A stretch of DNA of 64,000 nt from Paragordius varius (lineage: Eukaryota; Animalia; Nematomorpha). How positions within the stretch are numbered: the first letter of the stretch is position 1; the number at the start of each line of letters is the position of its first letter. Shown piece by piece: positions 41,545 through 53,104 of the stretch. Location: assembly GCA_964247055.1 (NCBI GenBank), contig OZ176057.1:2976001-3040000 (forward strand), in the 5' to 3' direction. A program made the translations under genes and the position numbers. Below the pieces are notes generated by a model. The model was not told the DNA's origin. It made no database searches and was given only the letters and a program-made list of their open reading frames with translations.

Positions 41545-43435
41545 TCTTCGATTCAAATTAGGGTATCCAAATACCCCAGACACTATTTAAATTTTAAAAA
41601 ACTAGTGAACGGTTCCAATTTAAATTTATGCTCCTATCCAAATAAAAATTATATTAATAAAAATTAGTTTTGGAGAAGAATTTCCGTATCAAAATATTTG
41701 ATCAACATTTTTACAATATATCGTGTTTATTTGATTCTAAACCTAAAGCGAAGTTTACCTTCTTATAAAATCACATTCAACAATGATATAAACAGAAAAA
41801 GTGGTGTATTTTGATTGATTTTACATTTATTTTACCCACATAAGTCATGTTGGCTATATTTTTACCTTTGGGTTTTGCCTCTGAATAACTAATATGAGGT
41901 ATTTTGGAACAAATTTTTTATTATATTTCGGTTCAAAAATGTTATATAAGTGCAAACTTTTGCAATGTTTCAATTTATTCCATATTTTTAAAATATTTGA
42001 TTTTAAACAGGTCTGGGTTATCCAACTACCATAACTCGAATCAAAGGATTGAATTAAACGTGTTGTATTTAAGTTTTAACTCTTAACACTTCGATTAAAA
42101 TTGGGTACCAGAAAATATTTATGAATAAATTACATAAAGAAATGGTTACATTTTAATATGCTTTTATCTTAAAAATATATATAAATAATCCAAAATAATT
42201 AGAAAAAATTGGTTTTGATAAAAGTTTAGCATCCTGTTTGACGCGCTTTTTGTATCACAATTTAGTAAAATATTGTTTATTTATTTTTAAGGCTAAAATT
42301 AAAATTGTCTTCTTATTAAAACGAGATTTTTTAATATAAACAGAAAAAGTGGTATATTTTGTATTATTTTTATTAGCTTATGCACACATGTGTTGGTGAA
42401 TTTTACCTCTGAGATGTCTCTGAATAAATAACATTAAGTATTTTTGAACGGTTTTTTTTATATTTGTTTTTTATCACCCATAAGTGAAATCTTTGCTATA
42501 GTTTCAAATTCCATATTTTTTAAAATAAATATTAAACTTTGAATCGAAGGACTAAAATAAATGTGTTGTATTCAAGTATTAAATTCATATTGTAGTACCA
42601 GGTTATCCAAGTTTAAAATGACATGCAATTTCTTTAATTTATGCTCTCTATCAAAGATCCAAATTAAGTTTAAATTTTACATTCAAAGTTGTTTTGCATT
42701 TTACAAAAAGGCTAAACAAAGCACATTATTAAAATGGCTTAATAATATCCTTATTGAGATACTCGAATTTTAAATCGCTTTGGAAAAAAGATATTCCATA
42801 AAAGGTCAAGAAGTGTTAACCAATATTACATATATTAGCACATGACTATTTGAGAAAATTTATTTTAATACTTGGATGCAACACATTCATTTTAGTCCTT
42901 TGATTTAAATTGGGGTATTTAAATAACCCATACCTGTTTAAAATTAAATTCTTTAAAAATATGGAAGGAGAAATCGTGGCAAAATTTTGCACTTATATAA
43001 CGTTATTAAGCCGAAATATATAAAAAAATTTATTTTAAAATACTAATAATACTTATTTTAAAAAACCGAAAGGTGAAAATTTAGTCAACGTCACATGTGT
43101 GCAATGGTAAAATTGAAAAATAATACAAAATAAACAGCTTTTACTTTTTCTATCAATGTTAGATGTAATTTAAATAAAAAATTAGCTTTACTTTTACTCT
43201 TAAAGTAATAAAGTCGATATTTTGCGAAAATTTTTATAATTAAAATGGCGTCCAAGAGTTTGACACGGAATTTTTTTTTCAAAACAAAATTTTATTAAGA
43301 TATTTTGGCATATTTATATAATATTTATAAGGATAGAAGCATAAATTTATATTACCGTTTCCTTCAGTAGTTTTTTAAAAATCCTAACTCAAATTTAGTC
43401 TGGGGTATTTGGATACCCCAATTTAAATCAAAGTG
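41545..43435. mobile_element. Three closely spaced piggyBac-type TTAA MITEs upstream of TOM1 (about 41545-42075, 42087-42578 and 42869-43435); further copies at 57685-58044 and a fragment at about 2340-2535
   Basis: Same CACTT termini, internal CTTCGATTCAAATTGGGGTA inverted repeat and shared core as 40290-40871; most ends abut TTAA. Confidence 0.72.
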
Positions 43436-43559
43436 TTAATGATAAAGGAATCAGCATGGTGGTGGCGTTGCTTGCAAATAAAAAATCGCTTTTGTGGTAA
43501 TATTTTCCATTCCATTCCGATTAAAATAAAAATTATTTAATCATTTATATATACGCCGA

Positions 43560-44370
43560 GAGTGACTATTTTAAGGCCTGATTTCCATACCCCGTGTAAA
43601 AATTGAGTTTTTTAAGAATAGCGATCTTTGGCCCATTCAGCTTCATATTTTTTATAAGATTTTACAAATGCGCTGAGGGTGAATAAGCCCTTTTTTAAAT
43701 AAGCCTGGAGCCCACAGTTATGAAAAATGGGGTTTGTTTGGTATGGCACACGATACGGAATAGTGTATGGGCACAGTCAGTTCGATAGTGTAGGTATTTT
43801 ATTGTTGTAAAATTGCGTAGCCCCCTACTTTTGAAAAAATGGGGGTTTTGAAAAAATCGTTGGCTTTTGCACACGATACCAAAAAACGTGTGAGCACAGT
43901 TAGTTTCAATAAACCATTTTTTAGAATAGCGCCAAAGGTAACTCAGCCCTTTTACTTAACCCCTCAATTTAGCCCCTATTGCTTTAAAATATGGGCTTTA
44001 AGATAATATTGTCGTTGAAGCAATTTTTTGGAAAGCGTGTGTAATGAAAATTCAATAGTGTACTTTTTACATTGTTTTGCAATTGCACCGAAGTGACTAA
44101 GCAAATTAATATTTTCTCTTCAGTTCAGCCCCTTCCGTAAAAAATCCGAAAAATGTCAAGTGTAATCAGTTTTAATAATAATTTTAAATTGTTTTGCAAT
44201 TTCGCGGACAGTTCTAAGCCCTTTGACTGAATCAGCCCCTGAGTCCCACCCCGCCCACAAAATAGTTTTTTTAATTTTGGCGGCTTTGAAACACAATCGG
44301 TAACACATATGGACACAGTCAGTTTGAATGTAGTTTATTATTGTCGTGCAATTGCTCCAATAATAATTAA
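43560..44370. repeat. Degenerate tandem array
   Basis: Recurring GCACACGATAC, GCACAGTCAGTT, ATTGTTTTGCAATT and (T)AAGCCC/CAGCCCC motifs at irregular spacing; GC is above background. Confidence 0.5.
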
Positions 44371-45529
44371 GCCCTTATTTTTTAATTAATTTTATTAAAA
44401 TCACAAACATCTCCTATTATCAAGTTTTGTTAAAAAACTTGATTGGGTAATAAAAAATCGAATGATCTAGTAAAAGAATATTTTGCAAGTGTAGCGTCAG
44501 GACCATTTTATGTGTATAATTTTGGTTCAAGTAATTGAAACATATATTAATCTACGATTTCCAAGTCAAAAAAAAACATTTCCCAGTCGATCATAAGGTT
44601 ATCCCATTGTGGCATTTTCCAAGTCAATAAAAACATTTAACCATAAAAACGGTTTAATGATTAATATCAAAGCAGGATATAAAAATAACTTTCAATCATT
44701 TAAGCATAATAAAAAGATTTTGACCAATTATTTGTGCATTATTCTTATTTATAACACCAATTTTGGGCAATCACCAAATAACTTACTTATGAAATTATTT
44801 TTTCCTTTGGGTATTATTTATTAGCACACTTCTTTTTTCGTTCCCCCTTAATGTCATATTTGTTTTAATTATTTTTTTAACATTATTGATCAATCAATTC
44901 ATATGAAATGAAAAATTTAAATTTTATATTCTTTAAAAAAAATGTGGGGCGATAGAAAATGGACAATTCATGCCAAAAATAAATAATATTCAATTATAAT
45001 GGAATTTAGCTCAGAAACACCCAATTTTTTTCTAGACTCAATTCGTATAAAAATTTTTGAGGTTAAATTCGACGAATTATATAACAGATAAGAAAATGAT
45101 AATTAAGTAAGTCATTTAAGGATTGCCCAATATTAATGAAAATAAAAATGCATAAATAAATGGTAAAAAATAATCTCTTTAGTATGTTTAATAATTATAA
45201 GTATCTTCTTTAATTTTTATCATCAAAAACGGTTTTTATTGATTGTGGAAATGTGTTTATTGACTGATGTTTTTATCTAAAGGGGAAATGTTGCAATTGG
45301 CAGGGAAATCGCTTCGATTGTTTGGGAAAGCGTTTCGTTTGATTGAGAAAATGTTTCGATTACGGAAATGTTTTTTATACTGGGAAACTTTATATTTAAA
45401 AACAATGCACATCTAAAACTATCCTAAATTCATCAATGTGAACCACAAAAATAACATTCGCAAGAATTACAGGTTTTTAAAAAACTAATTCCACAAAAAT
45501 AATTTTTTGAATCCATTTTTCGCCCAAGG

Positions 45530-47340
45530 TATGAGACCTTAAAAATTCAAAGATGATTTCAGATATTTGCTGTTATAAGGCAAAAAATTTTACCCATACG
45601 TTTCTTTTATATTGGCTGGTGGATAAGGAGATTCCCGCTAAAAACTGCCTCATCATATCGAAATAGCTGGTCTTTGGGGCTAAATTTCAGAAAACCTATC
45701 TGGCCATATGAGTTTAATAGCTGTAAAATGTTTCCCGTAACAAGGCAAAAATGTAGGTCGTGCGATTTTTCCCTTAATTAGGCCCTTCCCCACTGAATGC
45801 GCCACCATAATTTTTTTTATTTTTGAGGCAATTTTTCCAAAAACTAATGTACCTATGGAATCAATCATGATCCAGGTTTTCTCCGTGAAAAGGCACAAAT
45901 TTTCTCTTTTTTTGTATCAGCCTGGTAGGGAGCTACCCGCCTAAAACTGCGCCACCGTATTGTTGGGTTGTAAAGGAGTTAATTTTCAGAAAATTATCAG
46001 GCCATATAGGTTTAATAAGGGCCTGAAATATTACCCGTAAAAAGACTAAAATTTAAGTCGAACGGTTTAAATTAGCCGTTATTAAGGCCATTGCCCTAAA
46101 AATAAGCTATCATTGAACTATTATTTAGTTTTGAAGCCATTTTTTCAAAAACTATTTAGAACATATGGAATGAATGATGATTCCAGGTATTCCCCTATAA
46201 TAGCAAAAATTTTTATCGAACGTCTTTTTCCCGCCTACAACATGCCACCATATCGATACAACGTGACTTTGGAGCCAAATTTTAGAAAACTTATTAGACC
46301 ATTTAAGTTAAATAAGGGCTTAGAATATTACCCGTAAAAAGGCAAAAATTTAAGTAATACGGTTTTATTAATTACCCCTTAATTAGCTTGCCCTGAAAAA
46401 TGCGCAACCATACAAGGACTTTTTGGTTCTGAGGCAATTATTCGAAAATCCCACAAAAGCATATGGAATTAAGGCAAAAATTTTAATTGAGTGAATTTTT
46501 GTTTCGCCCCTGGTTAGGGGGCTACCCGCGTAAAACAGCATCACCATATCGACAATTAACGCCTTTAAAGCCAAATTTCGAAAACCTATACTATGTGAGT
46601 TCATTAAGGCCCTAAATTATTTATTACCCCTTAAAAAATAAATATTTTAGAACTATAGGGGGTTATTTCAATGAGTCGCTAAGTAAAGTTTTACGGCCTG
46701 AAAAATGCGCCGCCATAGAACCATTTTTGGATTTGAAGCAATATTCAAAAACTTATAGTAGTAACATATGAAATCTATGATAATTTCAGATTCCCCATAT
46801 AAAGGCAAAAATTTTGCCCAATGGCTTTTTATATACATGCCCCTATTTAAGAAGCTACCCGCAAAAAACTGCGCCACTATATAGAAATTGTGTTTTTTTG
46901 GAGCTAAATTACAGAAAATTTGTGAAGCGATAAGCTTGAAATATTAACTGTAACTATGTGATAATTAAGGCGAGGCGTTTTTTTATTAGCCGTTAATTTT
47001 GGGCCTTTATGCCAAAAGATACGCCATCATATAACGATTATTTAGTTTTGAGGTATTTTTTCGAATAACCTATTAGACGATAGTATTAAAGATAATTCCA
47101 AATATTTGCATTATAAAGGCAAAGAATTTAAATCAGCGTTTTTTCTATATAGGTCTATGGGTAGGGGTTTACGGGTTTAAAACTGAGAGGCCATACAAAA
47201 ATGGTGTGGTTTTGGAGCTAATTTTTAAAAAACTGAAGAAGCAATACGAGTTCAATAAAGGCTTTAAATAATACCCATAAAAAGGTAAAAATTTAGTATA
47301 GCGATTTTTTCCGTTAGCCGTCAATTTATGGCCATAACAC
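45530..47340. repeat. Old degenerate tandem array of about six units of roughly 300 bp
   Basis: Landmark GCTACCCGC..AAAACTGCGCCACC at about 45634, 45936, 46230, 46524, 46856 and 47170, with TTACCCGTAAAAAGGCAAAAATTT and AAAAATGCGCC(A/G)CCATA at corresponding offsets. Confidence 0.7.
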
Positions 47341-49930
47341 CAGTAAATAATATATTAGTATGAATGCCAAGTTTTGAAAATTCTAAGCACGGGTCTTGCC
47401 TATGAGATCAACTATTAAATAAATTTTTGAAATAATCCACATATAGAGATCACAATTTTGTTGATCGCTTTTTCTCTCAATAGTACTTAAATTTTGTAAA
47501 ATATTCCTTGGAAATTTCTCTCGGGCTGCATTATTTTGGAGAACCGTATGCCGCGTGTTGCACACCCTTGAATTAACCATGCTTCAAATACCTAAAATGC
47601 GCTTCAGATAAAATGTTTAAAATGGGTTTTGGCATAAATCTTTTTGTAAATATCTTTTTTATGTTATAATATAAGCACATGCATAAAATCATTGGTACTT
47701 GGAATTTAATTTATTTTCAAAAATCAAACCTATTTCAGTCGTCATCGATTCCAATATGAATCGTAAGACATGTGAATATAATCTATATCATTGGTACAAA
47801 CCAAATAAATTGTTTATTTTGTCTCAAGGAAGGGCCATTCATTGTATGCCGACCAATATTGCATAGCTGTTTAAAAAATGTGAAGATATTTATAATCTAA
47901 ATCATCACATCGAAATTATTTGCAGGGTATATATAAATCGGAGCTAAAATATCTAATATGCCATTTAGTTAAAAAAATTGTCATGATAATAACATCTTTT
48001 AAGTTCAATATAAATCGTAACCAACAATTTTCTCCATAAACAATTAAAATTCACCCTAGATAATCCTAAATAAATTATATGCTTTTAAAGATTAAAAATC
48101 ATCTTTGTTATTTTATATTTTTAAAAATGAAATATCGTGCAAAATTAATATACTGAAAAAATAATAAACTATGCCATAAGAATATATTTCTTATTAGTGA
48201 TGAGTTATATTGGCCTGAAAACACATAATTTATTTTTAGGGTGAATTTGAATTGTAAATGGTATATAATGATATGTCAATCTAAATAACTCTATCCATTT
48301 GATTTCAACACATATTTTATATGGAGTGAAAAAAGATATGATAACGGCACATTTTATATTTTTATATTTATTTGGCACATTTAGCTAAACTCTGATCACA
48401 CTTAAATTTAATATAGACATTGTGCCTTTTTATTATAGTATATTAGCGCTTATTTTCTGAAAACATTTAAATTTAACACAAAGTATCTAATTTGGATTTC
48501 TTAGTTTTCTTAGTTAAAATAACGTTAAGCCTCACTTAAAAATATTTCTTATAATTTTTGTTGCTCTAATATTCACATAAAAAATTTTTATTCTCCGAAC
48601 GATTACACATTTTAGTTTTATACACTAGCTGCCGTGCCATGCATACCTATAAATTAGAACATACTATTTTAAGCGAAAAACGGAAGAGGCAATTATTGGG
48701 CAGTTATAAGATTATGAGTTTCAATTTTTTACAATTCTGTGCCTTTTCTTTTTAAATTTAACATAAAAAATAGGCAGCCATGTAATATTTGTAAGGTGAC
48801 AATTTAACATTGGGATGGGGTGTGGGGTACTAACTGAGCACTAATTTATAAACAGTAAACGATTATTTTATATTAGCCTAACTTAAGCAAAATTTGTTTC
48901 AAAACCTTTTATTTTCTATGGTAGCATATTTAACAGAGGTAAGCAAGTAGTGGATAATTCTAAAAGAGCGCTTTAAACTATTACGCTGGGAATAGCATAT
49001 ATGATTATTATATGACTCAAACCAATGGCAAATATAGCCGTGAATTATTTTTCAAATTCAGATTTATTTTGATTATAAATATCTGAAAATGTGTCAAACA
49101 GCTAAGAATAGCAACCAAAAATTAGTTTATACGTTTTATATTGTGCCGTTGTTACATAGGATAGTTAGAGCGTTACCACTCAAAAAAGTATTGTCGTGAA
49201 ATTTCATCTCCTATACTGGAAAAAATTAATTTCATTAATATACAGTTTTTATCTTGAGCGAAAAATGGCTCGCCATGTTAATCTTTATATGGTGGCGCAT
49301 ATTATGTTGGGCGAAGCTCTATTCAGTGGTTAATTTAAAAAGCGCCTTTTTATCAGCATACTTAAACCTATTATTAATTTCATAGTTTGGGCAAATTTAT
49401 TTAAAAAATAAAATTAAAGATTTGGTATATGCAAAAAAGTGCCATTATACGGGAAGAGCGGCTAAATACAGAGGCTATTCATAAGTCAGCTATATTTGCA
49501 TTGACAATTTCTGGAACAATGTATTCAACCATTTCCAATTATATGCCGAGATAATATATAGGATTTAGCCGATAAGATTATTTTACCTGTAAATACTAGT
49601 CTAGAACAAATATTTTTACATTTTATACATGTCCTACATATAAAACTTCTCATTATATTCCTAGATGTCAACCTGAATCCCGACGCAAATAGACGGCTGT
49701 CAGACCACCATTGACTGGTGTAAGGTAAGTCTATTGTGGACAAAGGCGACGTGGGTCTTCTACACACTTTTCTTGACACCTTGATAATATTTTTGTGCTT
49801 CATGATCGCAAACAGAACTAAATATCTTTGCAAATACATAAAATATGGATACGAAATATAATTTATTAATATGTTATATATTTGTAAAGTAATAACAATA
49901 TATTAATTTATTTTAGCATAAATAATTAAA

Positions 49931-50197
49931 TCAATGTTCATTATACAATTGTTTAAGAGTTCTATATTTTTTCAGCATATACAGAGCTTTCAATTCATTC
50001 GTTACGTATTCACCTCGGTCTAATAATTGTTTGATTTGGTGTTTATCCGTGATATTTTGATTTTTTAAAAAAGCCGATTTTAGTTTTTTACGAAAAAAAG
50101 AAGCGCCTTTTGGATAATCCTTACCCATATAATAAAGATTCTTGTACAGTTGTATTACGTCCTTTCTATACGGATTTATAAATTTGTTGGCCGACAT
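49931..50197 (-). CDS. ETFRF1: Electron transfer flavoprotein regulatory factor 1 (LYR motif protein 5), 88 aa, single coding exon
   Basis: RKDVIQLYKNLYYMGKDYPKGASFFRKKLKSAFLKNQ...DRGEYVTNELKALYMLKKYRTLKQLY matches the LYRM5 pattern LYKNLLYLGRDYPKG...F.KN...GEFV.KELEALY.LRKYRAMKQRY. Confidence 0.93.
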   Translation of the reverse strand: MSANKFINPYRKDVIQLYKNLYYMGKDYPKGASFFRKKLKSAFLKNQNITDKHQIKQLLDRGEYVTNELKALYMLKKYRTLKQLYNEH

Positions 50198-52788
50198 TGC
50201 ACATTATTTGAAATCCCCAGAAAATAGACTACGTGATTAACTTAAATCATATTGATGTCACATTGAAAAATGTACGCTTTGTAATCCAGGTGTATTCATT
50301 ATACAGTCACAAAAAAATATCATGATGAAATATATATATTATTTATATTTCAAATTCACTAAACAATACCAAACCCATATAAAATACATGTTTTAATAAA
50401 AATTACCTATATTTTTATATTCAAAAAATAAAATTTTAAATTAAAATAATGCTGGAAAAACAATAATGGATGCCATAAAGATATATTTCCTATTATGAGT
50501 TATATGAGTTGCAAAACACAATTTTTTTAAGAGTATTGAATTGTTCAAGGGTAAATTCGAACTGTAATATTTCGTTAAATCAAGAATCTCAGGGTGCTTT
50601 TGGATTTGGGGCTTACAAGTCTTTTAAAAAAGTACACTTTTCTGGTAAGTGCCTAATCAGAAAATGGCAAAATTTGAGCACACTTAAAAATTTATTTTGG
50701 CAGTCAAAGGCTTCACTCCAAATAATCATAAACCGATCAAAACAATATTTTAAAAAAAAATTTTTTTTGAAATGGGCTCCTAAAGTCCCAGTTTTTCTCA
50801 CTTTTCTAAAATGGGCTAATTTTTTTTAAAAAAAGCAAAAATGCAGAGCTTGCGCAATAATAATTTTAGATATATGCTAATGATATCAACTAAAAATAAA
50901 ATCATACTTTTTAAAAAATTTAATTTTTGCAAAATGTTGAAGCGTACTTTACACTAATTTGAGGCATTATGGAAACCGTATAAATATCCTTTAAGAATTT
51001 ATTAAAACCTTTTTCTATATTATTCGATAATTCTGAACATTTGTATCACCTTAGAATTTTAATTGATTTAATTTTTTTGTAAATTTTTGAAAAAAAACAC
51101 AAATTTGATAAAACATAATTAGGAATGTTTTAATAAAAATTGAGTGCTCATAGAAATGTTTATCATCAAATTATATGAAAAAAGTGATTTTACAATGTCT
51201 TTAACCTTTTTATACCGTTACCACAATACCTCAAAATAGTATAAAGGCTTTAAATTTGTGAAAAAATTAACCATTTTTTTATAATAAAATTTAGCATATA
51301 TTAAATTATTTTATCGCGCTAGCTCTTCATTTTTAAAATAAGAAAAACAGCCTATTTTAGAAGGGCATATAAAATTTGGACTTTTGAAGCCCACGTTAAG
51401 AAATTTATTTTTTTAAAAATATTTTTTAGCTTTTTATAGGTAGTTTATAAAATTAATTGATATATTTCGAAATGAATCATTTAGCATTCACCAAAAAAAT
51501 TTAATTAAAAAGATGTGGGCAAAATTTGCCATTTTCTGATGTGGACCACTTGCCACAAAAGTGTAAATAACTTTCTTTAAACACATGTAAGCTTCAAAAC
51601 CAAAAGCACCATGAGATTCTTGATTTTCTATCAGAATATATTTATTTTATCAATATATTTTTCAATTCCCGATTTTGTACGCTGTGTTATCAAAACAATG
51701 CTATTAGTTTAATAGCAATCTTAATATTTTTTTTTAAAAAAATAATAAAATTACATAAACTTTTGGCTACAAATACGAACACTGGGTAAATCAGGATAAA
51801 AATTTCTAATGATATATTAATAAAATACATTTACCACAAATTTATAGTTTGGGCTCTATCAGTCATTTATTACTTTGTGATCTTTTCAATTTGTGGATGA
51901 TTACATATTGTTGTTTTATGGATTTAGATCAAGTAAATATTTTAGATGTTATCTCAGTTAAAATTCAATTATTAAATATTGCTATCCTGTATTAGATTTG
52001 AAGCTTATATATTTTACAGTTTTGTCATTTCTACAGTCTAAAATTTAAGCAGCTCACATTATTTAACTAATCAAATGATTATTATCTTTCATATCTACTG
52101 TTAAAATCAACCTGAATTACTTAGTTAATTATTAACATTTTTAAAACATAATAAAATATGCTATGCCATTTCTATTAGCAATATAGAAAAATATGGCGGC
52201 GAATTGAGTGGAGGATTAAAATTTACGTTTTTTCAAATTTTTTGTATTATCCACCTAAACACGAAAGAAAAAATAAATCTTTTATGATATTCATTAAAAT
52301 CGCTATGTAAACTACTTCAAAATATTAAAAAATGTTAACTAAAAAAATAGCAGTGAAAAAGTTTGGGGGGATATTTTAACAATTTAACATTTTTTTAAAA
52401 AATTTGACTTATGAGCCTAAAAGGTTAAAGAAAGCATTTTTTAAACTCGGCCTAATACTTTGAATATTTTTTAAAATTTCAAATATTAAAGCGCTCTGGA
52501 ATTTAAATAATAAAACTACCCAAAAAAGTCACGAACTATTGATAGAATTCTTCTAATAGTCTATCAAAATATAATTGCTTCTACTTAAAAGTTTTAATTA
52601 TATTTAATTCGTTATAATTATTTTAAATATATAAACTGGTGTAAAAATATTTACAGATGTTGGCCTGGAAACCTTAAACTAAATGGCATAATTTTATTAA
52701 CCAGATATCGTAATTGGGAGATTATATATGCTAGATAACAACATCTGAAAAAGTTTGAAAAATGCACACTTTGAAAAACTTAACTGGT

Positions 52789-53083
52789 TAATATTTGGGG
52801 ATGGCAAGGTATTTATTGTATATCACAAAATATTGTATATCACAAAAACAACTGCGCGTTATATCATGATCTCTATATATATCTACGATAATTAGGTTTA
52901 ATGTATTCACATATATCAAGGTAAGATGTTTGCTTATATACAATTATCTCAAAGTATAATAATAATCACAAGTGGTGGGAAGGTTATAACAATATAATAA
53001 TAGTATACAGATAAGTTAATAGGTTAATGTACTGCAAGGTATGATAATAATATTCACAAGTCTATTCAAATTAGCCTCTAACA
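52789..53083 (-). repeat. 3' LTR, 295 bp
   Basis: Matches 56503-56803 except for one substitution (53043 vs 56763) and a 6-bp (TA)n length difference. Confidence 0.95.
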
Positions 53084-53104
53084 TCACTTCCCCCCCCCTT
53101 TAAC
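53084..53104 (-). promoter_or_regulatory. Polypurine tract
   Basis: Minus strand AAAGGGGGGGGGAAGTGA directly precedes the 3' LTR. Confidence 0.85.

Noticed and set aside
46113-46877. Short ORFs inside the 300-bp array
   Set aside because: The reading frame is not preserved between units, so this is not a coding repeat.
48900-49860. Exon-like, GC-elevated fragments downstream of ETFRF1, including 49665-49724 (CTAG...AAG/GTAAGT) with an in-frame TGA considered as selenocysteine
   Set aside because: No consistent multi-exon frame could be built, no selenoprotein motif or SECIS was recognised, and the 104-aa minus-strand ORF has no recognisable family. Left unresolved.
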